From the NCBI RefSeq assembly GCF_023055435.1, contig NW_025963791.1, forward strand, positions 17,484,001 through 17,548,000: a stretch of DNA of 64,000 nucleotides, given 5' to 3'. The position numbers and the translations under genes were made by a program. Below are positions 53,136-64,000 of this stretch, piece by piece. Numbering within the stretch: position 1 is the first letter of the stretch; each line of letters starts with the position of its first letter. A model generated the notes under the pieces. That model had not been told where the DNA came from and did not search any database. It saw only the letters and a program-made list of their open reading frames with translations. The DNA comes from Haliotis rufescens. Taxonomy: Eukaryota.

Positions 53136-54271
53136 TGAATACTTCTGAAAACTGGATAAAACAAAACTTATTACGAATTTTCTCTCTTTTAGCATCATGC
53201 ATGTTATATTACGAGCCAGATGACTGAAAGCACTTGTAAATGAATTGTCGGAGGCTGGAAGACTCTCATTTGAACCATGAACGCCAATCTACATTGTAAC
53301 CCATTTGGGGGACAAAACTTTCATTAATTATTTAAATCAAACGTTGGAAATGGAACTCTCGAGCACAGCGACTGTAGATTGTAGATTTCCATGTTGGAAG
53401 TTCACGTGGGGGTGAGGAAATATACTTACCATGCACAGTTACGCTTTTAAAAAGGCACAGTACATTGTTACAGGCAATGTCAAAATTCAGTAAAGTTGTT
53501 GAATAACTGAAAACGTAGTCACTTTATCATTTGTTTGATTCACTCAGTCACAATTCAATTTGCTGGGAAGTATAATTAATTTATTTGACATATTGACTGA
53601 TTCTTGATAACAGCTTAGGATTAAATACTCTCCGTTGCTTCAATTGTCACCAATGCATTGGTAAGCACTGGTACAATACAAGGTACAAAAGGTACCTTAA
53701 GCATTATAAAACACAGACATAAAATTGTTACATCCCTCTCCAATACTTGTAGACCATCCCTGTGAAGTCCTGGGCCTGCCAGGCATTATGGCCTCTCCAT
53801 GTCTAATACACTTATTTTAAGCTTAATAAAAGTCCAATTTGAACGGCCGGACCTTAATATTTCGCAGTAATAAATATTTATATAACAAACATCATGATTT
53901 CTTGCACACATGAAACCAATAACGAACATGCTGCACAGAGTGAGTAGCATTTTTCTTTTTTTGGACTTGTATCCTCAAATGCTTAAATGCTTTATGCACA
54001 TAGAATACAGCAAACGTGTCCGTGTCATTACGTCCTATCCAATTAATATGTCATGTTGACCCACCAGAACGAAGTCATTGTAGTTAACGGAAAAGTAATA
54101 GTGAATAATTTCAATGCCATGCTACATTTTATTGATATCTCATTGTGAGAATCTGCAAGGACCGCAACAGGTGCAACACTTGTAAGACGGACAATTAAAG
54201 GTCTAGAACTACTGAGTGTTTTCATCACATTTACCACCGCGGTAATGTAGTTATAATCTGCACCAGTTGCA

Positions 54272-56607
54272 ATGAATACTATCAGGTAAGCTTGATGTTA
54301 TGTTATTTCGCCATCAGTCTGTCTTATTGAAGATTCAGATATAATGATTATTTGTCTTTCATGGTTATAGCATAACTGTCATGGAACAGCACTAGCGTAA
54401 TGTTAACCAATCGCAAGCTTTCTTTGATGCGATCCATAAACATCTATGGACATCATAAAACGGAATTTAAGTAATTCTGTAGAGGGTAATGTCCGAGTAA
54501 TTCTCCATTCCTTACAAATAAGAGAGAGGTGGCCCATTGTTCTCCAAGAATGGAGAGTTACAAGAATTAAACTTGAAACACATCCCTTCTTTTACACTTT
54601 GACGAAACATTATCTTGTTGAAAATATTTGAAACAACCCTCTAAACTTTGTAACCTGAATTTGTACTGTGGGGGGCGCCTTGCGTGATGCACAAAGAATA
54701 CGTTCTCTGCGCTGTTGCGCGTACACCAAGCTCCCTTGCGAGCTGATATTTACAATGCATGGTACACGGCTCTTCATAATTTCGTGGGGTCCTGAACCAG
54801 TATTTTATCAATCGCTTGCACTTTCTAAATACATGCTGACGGGTCCTGAACAAGGATATATAATTTACCTGATTTTTATTCTCGTCAAAGTTATATCTAA
54901 CTTCGTTATATATGAACATTGTTAACCAGGTAACCAGCTGTAACACAACATCAAATACATACCACATTTTAAGGATTTAAGGAGTATACAAATAACGTCA
55001 TGTGTCGCAGTAGCTGAGGTCGACAATGAGACGTCCTAAATTCAAACTATGCGTGTTCGAATTCCGCTAGCGAGTCACTACACATGTTTCCGACACAATT
55101 TGAAATCATTCACTTGTCAAAATGTAAAAAAAACAAAAACTAGTTCCATCCATTCCAAGTGTAAATTAATTTGAATTTTTGTTCAAGACGAATGACTTCA
55201 TATGAAATCTGATATTCGCAGTATTAATCTGTCCCGAAGTAGTGTAAATATCTGCACAGCTATAGGCAAAACACTTTATATGAGCCAACACTATTTAAAA
55301 GATAGTACTTTAATTTTACATTCGTCTTACCTTCCAGGATCCGGAAAAAGTGGTGCTTTGGTATCATTTTTGCATGGATTGTACTTATTGGCTTCCTGCT
55401 TGTTCCGCAACACCAAACACCCTCTGTGGGACTGGATAGAGAGATTAAAGCCTTAAATCATTTACATGTACCCGGAAAAAATGAACTACCTGTCATTCAG
55501 CCCATAGTTGTCCAAAACATGACAATTCACAACGACAGAAAAGCAGCTCCCGGAAGGTCAGACAGCTTGGACAACAGTTCAAAGTCCCAGACGCCATACA
55601 GACTGAGGGATAAGTTGGTGTATGTCCACAACAGCTCACAACACATGTCTCCATTGAAGGCCGTTGGCAAGAAAAACGCAGGTGGAAACAAAAACGGAAC
55701 CAGGGGTTTACTTCCGTTTAGCTTCAAGACAGTTACACGGGAATATACGGAACTCATAAACTGGGCATATTTTACATCCAAGAGGGATATAATTTTGAAT
55801 AGCCATTCATTTTCATTCAGCATACTTCCAAAACAGATAAAGAATGAACATCCTTTCCTGATCATAATGGTTTTATCCATTGCCAGATATCACAGAACAG
55901 CAATACGGCAAACATATGGCAGTGTTGCGAATGGGCAAAGGTGGCCTGGAAGTAATCTACCTTTGAATACAAAGTTGATATTTTTGTTTGGGCGGACACT
56001 CTCAGATGATTATGAAGCTGTTCTTAAAGAAGAAAGCAAAATATATGGAGATATTTTACAAGGTAACTTTGATGATACCTTTCACAATGTTACACTGAAG
56101 GTTTTATCAGGCATTAAGTACGTTGTGGAGTATTATCCTGATACACAGTACGTCTTAAAGGCGGACGACGACACTTTCACAGATGTTGATCGTCTTGTGA
56201 GATTACTGAAGAGTCTGCAACCTGTGAATTCAGTTCTTGGAAATATCATTATGTCTCCTCGTGTTCTTAGAGTGGGCAAACGGGCACTCACAGAGGATGT
56301 CTACCCTTTCGTAATGTTTCCGCGTTACGCAGCGGGTCATACCTATGTTCTGGCAATGGATTTGGGAAAATGTATTGCTGAAAAAGCCAAGTTCCTTCCA
56401 TACGTCTTCATAGAGGATACATTCATAACTGGAATAATGGCCGCTGTGTGTAATGCCACGCAGTATCACGTTGATGGGTTTTCAGGTTTGGAGGAAGGTA
56501 CTCCTTTCTCCATACAGTTTGTGAAAGGAAGAAAGATATCTGGCAATGGCGTGCCAGATAAACTAAAGCATAAGATTTGGAAAGCGTTGCGGAAGCTGTA
56601 TCCGTGA
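54272..56607 (+). CDS. Beta-1,3-galactosyltransferase-like (GT31) paralog 2, 427 aa: join(54272..54285, 55338..56607)
   Basis: MNTIR|IRKKWCFGIIFAWIVLIGFLLV membrane anchor. Motifs RTAIRQTYG, YGDILQGNFDDTFHNVTLK, KADDDTF and IEDTFITG. Donor gtaagc, acceptor cttccag, AATAAA at 56639. Confidence 0.9.
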
Positions 56608-57075
56608 GCATCCGTCTTGTTTATAAGCTGTCAAACACAATAAAGACGTTTGAGAACATAACCTGTTGTTTTTCATTTTGACTTAGGGTGGCTAAGTATC
56701 ATAAATGACGTTAATGAAACCTATTAATAATCTGACACTCTGAGGTAAAGAGTTGCGTCCCTTAGCCGTACCAGAGTCCGAGGGTTGTGGGTTATGTCTA
56801 CGGCTTGGAGGTTTACACAAAAACTAATTCATCTCCGGACGTCCTGAATAAGATGTGTTGTAGGTTGGAGAAATAAATTATATTTTAAATTATGTTTTGA
56901 AGACATGGATACAAAATGCTGTGTTTAATAAACATGAATATGCTTCCGTCGGGAAAATTCACGAATTGTCAATGTTGTGTTCAAAAGTGTTGATTTTTAT
57001 GATGTTAGAAGAACATTGCAAAATCGAATCTATTTGAATGTCAAAGATTGACTTTTCCGAAGTTATATATATATA

Positions 57076-57179
57076 TACTCTAACAAAAGAGTAGGTTGCA
57101 TCCTTTACGTTATTAATGGTTTACTATTTACAGGTAGCTAGGCTGAGAGTAAGACCCCCTCCCTTGCCCCCCCCCCCCC

Positions 57180-57223
<44 letters not shown>

Positions 57224-58140
57224 GAGAAGAGAAGAGTATTGTGTAATATAAGATTTCATGGACTAAATGGACTTCATGGACTAGATTTCATTAGTCTAAC
57301 AACATTGTGACAATGAAGCACGTGACTTTGGATAGCACGTGCAAGGGGTGGTATGCCTGATTTACCAATGTCACTCAGACTCGGTTGTGAGCAGACTCAT
57401 ATTGTGGTCATGGAACTAAATGCTCAAACACAATTTATTAAACATTTAATCATTAAGGAAGCAACAACATTGACCATGCGACGTTTTCAACGCGCTGGAT
57501 GTTTACGCGCCTAAGGCATGTTGAAGGTGGGCTAATGTCAGAATATTGTTGCCCAAACGGTGCATGTTTCTCAATTTGTATCAGCAGAATGTGGGCCTAA
57601 TACCATCAAACACATTACGTCGAAGATCTTCGCCTCTCTGGACCAACAACTGCAGGGCAACAACTGCAGCCCAGGAAAGATAAGTCAGAACGATGGCATT
57701 AAGAAATTGGTTGTGACCTGGTGTAAGAGTACATGCCCAGACTGTGCGAAATCTTCTGCAAATATGTCATTTGCGTGCACGACGTCCACGTATCATCCCG
57801 AACTTACTGCACGTCATTTGACGGCTCGTTGTGCCATTTGCACAACGTGTTGAGCAACGTTTCATCTTCCAAGGCGATAATGCACGTACTCATCTGCCAG
57901 GATTGTGACCCAATTCCTCCAACAGTGACACATCCATTGTCATGCCATGGCCAGCACAGTCCTGACGTTTCCCCCATTGAAGACGCCTGGGACGTCATTG
58001 GCACACGTAAACGTAACAATCCACCCACGACTCTCAATGAACTCGGTGTTGCTCTCACTGATGAGTGGAATAACATGAGTCGAGCGTATATTTGTCGACT
58101 CATCAGAAGCATTCCTCGAATACTGCGTGTACTTTGTTAC
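57076..58140 (+). mobile_element. Tc1 transposon remnant
   Basis: TIR-like tactctaacaaaag after (TA)n; degraded MRR... start; SPDVSPIEDAWDVIG...LTDEWNNM...LIRSIPR. Confidence 0.65.
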
Positions 58141-58274
58141 CTGTCGATTCCGAAATTGATATGTTTAACAAGAAATATGTACGTAAAAGAAAAACAACCA
58201 ACAAGTGGTATACAATCAACAATGTATCCTAAAATTAACTAGGTTTACAAATCCACACAAAGTACTCCACAGCA

Positions 58275-61200
58275 AATACGATGGCAGTACACAGGAGAGT
58301 AGTAGTACCATTTTCAATGACAGTAAATAATACGATGGCAGTACACAGGAGAGTAGTAGTACCATTTTCAATGACAGTAAATAATACGATGGCAGTACAC
58401 AGGAGAGTAGTAGTACCATTTTCAATGACAGTAAATAATACGATGGCAGTACACAGGAGAGTAGTAGTACCATTTTCAATGACAGTAAATAATACGATGG
58501 CAGTACACAGGAGAGTAGTAGTACCATTTTCAATGACAGTAAATAATACGATGGCAGTACACAGGAGAGTAGTAATACCATTTTCAATGACAGTAAATAA
58601 TACGATGGCAGTACACAGGAGAGTAGTAGTACCATTTTCAATGACAGTAAATAATACGATGGCAGTACACAGGAGAGTAGTAGTACCATTTTCAATGACA
58701 GTAAATAATACGATGGCAGTACACAGGAGAGTAGTAGTACCATTTTCAATGACAGTAAATAATACGATGGCAGTACACAGGAGAGTAGTAGTACCATTTT
58801 CAATGACAGTAAATAATACGATGGCAGTACACAGGAGAGTAGTAGTACCATTTTCAATGATAGTAAATAATACGATGGCAGTACACAGGAGAGTAGTAGT
58901 ACCATTTTCAATGACAGTAAATAATACGATGGCAGTACACAGGAGAGTAGTAGTACCATTTTCAATGACAGTAAATAATACGATGGCAGTACACAGGAGA
59001 GTAGTAGTACCATTTTCAATGACAGTAAATAATACGATGGCAGTACACAGGAGAGTAGTAGTACCATTTTCAATGACAGTAAATAATACGATGGCAGTAC
59101 ACAGGAGAGTAGTAGTACCATTTTCAATGACAGTAAATAATACGATGGCAGTACACAGGAGAGTAGTAGTACCATTTTCAATGACAGTAAATAATACGAT
59201 GGCAGTACACAGGAGAGTAGTAATACCATTTTCAATGACAGTAAATAATACGATGGCAGTACACAGGAGAGTAGTAGTACCATTTTCAATGACAGTAAAT
59301 AATACGATGGCAGTACACAGGAGAGTAGTAGTACCATTTTCAATGACAGTAAATAATACGATGGCAGTACACAGGAGAGTAGTAGTACCATTTTCAATGA
59401 CAGTAAATAATACGATGGCAGTACACAGGAGAGTAGTAGTACCATTTTCAATGACAGTAAATAATACGATGGCAGTACACAGGAGAGTAGTAGTACCATT
59501 TTCAATGATAGTAAATAATACGATGGCAGTACACAGGAGAGTAGTAGTACCATTTTCAATGACAGTAAATAATACGATGGCAGTACACAGGAGAGTAGTA
59601 GTACCATTTTCAATGACAGTAAATAATACGATGGCAGTACACAGGAGAGTAGTAGTACCATTTTCAATGACAGTAAATAATACGATGGCAGTACACAGGA
59701 GAGTAGTAGTACCATTTTCAATGACAGTAAATAATACGATGGCAGTACACAGGAGAGTAGTAGTACCATTTTCAATGACAGTAAATAATACGATGGCAGT
59801 ACACAGGAGAGTAGTAGTACCATTTTCAATGACAGTAAATAATACGATGGCAGTACACAGGAGAGTAGTAATACCATTTTCAATGACAGTAAATAATACG
59901 ATGGCAGTACACAGGAGAGTAGTAGTACTATTTTCAATGACAGTAAATAATACGATGGCAGTACACAGGAGAGTAGTAGTACCATTTTCAATGACAGTAA
60001 ATAATACGATGGCAGTACACAGGAGAGTAGTAGTACCATTTTCAATGACAGTAAATAATACGATGGCAGTACACAGGAGAGTAGTAGTACCATTTTCAAT
60101 GACAGTAAATAATACGATGGCAGTACACAGGAGAGTAGTAGTACCATTTTCAATGATAGTAAATAATACGATGGCAGTACACAGGAGAGTAGTAGTACCA
60201 TTTTCAATGACAGTAAATAATACGATGGCAGTACACAGGAGAGTAGTAGTACCATTTTCAATGACAGTAAATAATACGATGGCAGTACACAGGAGAGTAG
60301 TAGTACCATTTTCAATGACAGTAAATAATACGATGGCAGTACACAGGAGAGTAGTAGTACCATTTTCAATGACAGTAAATAATACGATGGCAGTACACAG
60401 GAGAGTAGTAGTACCATTTTCAATGACAGTAAATAATACGATGGCAGTACACAGGAGAGTAGTAGTACCATTTTCAATGACAGTAAATAATACGATGGCA
60501 GTACACAGGAGAGTAGTAATACCATTTTCAATGACAGTAAATAATACGATGGCAGTACACAGGAGAGTAGTAGTACCATTTTCAATGACAGTAAATAATA
60601 CGATGGCAGTACACAGGAGAGTAGTAATACCATTTTCAATGACAGTAAATAATACGATGGCAGTACACAGGAGAGTAGTAGTACCATTTTCAATGACAGT
60701 AAATAATACGATGGCAGTACACAGGAGAGTAGTAGTACCATTTTCAATGACAGTAAATAATACGATGGCAGTACACAGTGGAGTAGTAGTACCATTTTCA
60801 ATGACAGTAAATAATACGATGGCAGTACACAGGAGAGTAGTAATACCATTTTCAATGACAGTAAATAATACGATGGCAGTACACAGGAGAGTAGTAATAC
60901 CATTTTCAATGACAGTAAATAATATGATGGCAGTACACAGGAGAGTAGTAGTACCATTTTCAATGACAGTAAATAATACGATGGCAGTACACAGGAGAGT
61001 AGTAGTACCATTTTCAATGACAGTAAATAATACGATGGCAGTACACAGAAGAGTAGTAGTACCATTTTCAATGACAGTAAATAATACGATGGCAGTACAC
61101 AGGAGAGTAGTAGTACCATTTTCAATGACAGTAAATAATACGATGGCAGTACACAGGAGAGTAGTACCATTTTCAATGACAGTAAATAATACGATGGCAG

Positions 61201-61950
61201 TACACAGTGGAGTAGTAATACCATTTTCAATGACAGTAAATAATACGATGGCAGTACACAGGAGAGTAGTAATACCATTTTCAATGACAGTAAATAATAC
61301 GATGGCAGTACACAGGAGAGTAGTACCATTTTCAATGACAGTAAATAATACGATGGCAGTACACAGGAGAGTAGTAATACCATTTTCAATGACAGTAAAT
61401 AATACGATGGCAGTACACAGGAGAGTAGTAATACCATTTTCAATGACAGTAAATAATATGATGGCAGTACACAGGAGAGTAGTAGTACCATTTTCAATGA
61501 CAGTAAATAATACGATGGCAGTACACAGGAGAGTAGTAATACCATTTTCAATGACAGTAAATAATACGATGGCAGTACACAGGAGAGTAGTAATACCATT
61601 TTCAATGACAGTAAATAATATGATGGCAGTACACAGGAGAGTAGTAGTACCATTTTCAATGACAGTAAATAATACGATGGCAGTACACAGGAGAGTAGTA
61701 GTACCATTTTCAATGACAGTAAATAATACGATGGCAGTACACAGGAGAGTAGTAGTACCATTTTCAATGACAGTAAATAATACGATGGCAGTACACAGGA
61801 GAGTAGTAGTACCATTTTCAATGACAGTAAATAATACGATGGCAGTACACAGGAGAGTAGTACCATTTTCAATGACAGTAAATAATACGATGGCAGTACA
61901 CAGGAGAGTAGTAGTACCATTTTCAATGACAGTAAATAATACGATGGCAG
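58275..61950. repeat. Highly homogeneous minisatellite, 54-bp unit aatacgatggcagtacacaggagagtagtagtaccattttcaatgacagtaaat, about 68 copies
   Basis: Period of 54, with rare 51-bp variants. Confidence 0.95.
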
Positions 61951-64000
61951 TGGTCAGTATCAAATACAAAAATACGGTTGTGATAGCAAAAGTCAGTGAT
62001 GATAGTATATTTACCCATCGGCGACGGTAGTCTAGCTTCAGAGATGGGCTTAGGCAGGGAATCAGGGGTGATCTTCACACGAAAGCTGGTCTTGATGTAT
62101 TCTCAGATGTAAATGTGTGAAGAAATGTGTGAGAGTGATACCTAAACACACTCTTGTCCCACTATATATACAGCCTAAGAAGCTACTGGAAATGTCTACA
62201 CAGTGTCCCCTACAGTCCAGCGGCTCTGGAACATTCCACATGTTTCTATAACATACTATCACCGTCCGCGATATACCGGACTGACAGTTTTCACACCAAC
62301 CTTGCATCTAAATATAGTAACTTACTGACGACTGCCTACACTAAATAGTACTATATTCCTGACGACTAACCACTGCCCAAATACAATGCTATGAGCGTCT
62401 ATCGAATCTCTACACAAACAATGTAACAGTTACAATCATTGTTCAACAATAAAATACACTGCTATATAACAATGGCTAGAGGTGGTTTTACCCTATATAA
62501 GTGGCGTTGGCAAAATTCAAATTTCGAATTTGACCCCCGGCCTCTTTAACGACCAAGTGCGCCACCATCTCATCACATAAACCATTAGAACCAATTAGAT
62601 AGCCCATGCGCCAACACATTTGATATAATTTCCACTTGCCAATACCATATAGATCAAAAGATATGTCTTGATGATTCTCATAACCCCTACTTTTTTGCAT
62701 TTTTGCAACGAATTATTCGTGTGTGATCTGAACATATATTGCCATAATAATCAGAATTGCAACGATGACCCAGGGAGAGAACAGGCCCTGTGTTCATAAG
62801 CATTTTGTTTAAAGTCTTAACCAAGACGTCCTTGTTAGCACAGAGTTGATCAAGATCAATGCACTACCCATAGTTGTCATCAACCCATTTAAAGAACACA
62901 CATACATCATTGTTATGCTTCAATCTGGGCCATGTTCCCTTCCTATGGCGTTCTGATGACGTTGACGACTGCTTGTATAGAATATACACTTATAGATCCT
63001 CTGTGTGTCTGAAACTGCTAAGTCCCTGCACTTGCTAAACGTCAGCATTTTCCCTCAACTTGTACTTTCCGTAGCCATACATTAAAACTCATTCGTTTAA
63101 AGGATGAACGATTTGGGTTTGAAATCCACATTTTATGGTTATATCATTGCGTGTCTGAGTCCTGAAGTGATACAGATCTCACACTTCCATGTAGGTGACA
63201 CTCACCGATTTGATGCTGACAAATCTCCTATAATAACCAGAGCTATTTTGGGATTCGGGCCTTGGTGGACCCAATGGGCGCAACATTACAGAGATTTGCG
63301 GTGTCCAAGTTCTCCCCTACTGATGGAACGACTACAAAACGTCAACACCAGAGAAAAACTAGTCTCGTTAATCCACCGAAACAGGCGTGAAAGGTAAAAT
63401 AGCGTTAAAATAGCGTGAAAGTTATATGAACGGATGGCTTGTAAACAAACCAATATGTTATAAATATACCAATATATTTGTACATAATGATGTTGATTAT
63501 GGTGTAAGACATTTACAAATTCAGCGTTTTGATTGGTCCACGAGATCAAATGATTGACAGATGAACACAATTCTTTCCACCCTCCTCGTCCTTTTCTCAG
63601 TTCTAATGTCCCATGCAGACTAAACATTTTTCATTGATTTTGTCATTACCCAAGAATATATTCACATAATGTTAGCGGAAAACTAGAAATCAACATCTTA
63701 ACAACAGTGCCTATTATCGTTCATTGATCTTATATTGTAGATTGTTGTAAAGGGTGTAACAACAGGTGTCTGAGATAGAAACCTGCAGTTAAAGGGCTTC
63801 TCTAGATCTACAGATCGTGCCGTGGCAACGTCAAGGAGAACATCAACTTGAATTATAGAATAACGTATCTGCATAAATATTTCAAGATGTTTAACAGGTA
63901 AGATGACAACAATCTCACAATTTCTTGCTAGTAGGTAATGTTATATCAATGTCCGTGTTTTTATCTGGTAGTCTCAGAATTAACTATCATTATCTGATAT

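Noticed and set aside
34244-61950. CRISPR-like arrays
   Set aside because: Units are contiguous tandem repeats without unique spacers, there are no cas genes, and the context is eukaryotic.
58216-62030. Three ORFs of more than 1200 aa
   Set aside because: Products of the 54-bp tandem repeat, with no unique domains.

Overview
Eukaryotic, animal genomic DNA that is intron- and repeat-rich, with two N gaps. The SINE families suggest a mollusc, probably a gastropod such as abalone (inference). Three protein-coding genes can be reconstructed by hand. (1) A minus-strand gene of at least 10 exons (about 2.3-17.1 kb) encodes a BCAP/PIK3AP1/BANK1/Dof-family adaptor with TIR-like, DBB, ankyrin, YxxM and coiled-coil regions. 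(2, 3) Two tandem plus-strand GT31 beta-1,3-galactosyltransferase-like paralogs each have a 14-nt first coding exon. The rest is mobile-element debris and tandem repeats: four SINE-like families, Tc1/mariner remnants and MITEs, a Penelope-like RT fragment, and a decayed APE-type LINE that carries a 6.6-kb 45-bp minisatellite and has a near full-length Tc1 inserted in its RT core. About a dozen minisatellites produce all of the very long ORFs in the track. The most unusual small feature is a back-to-back inverted pair of minimal type-I hammerhead ribozyme motifs in a (TA)n tract within an intron of the BCAP-like gene.
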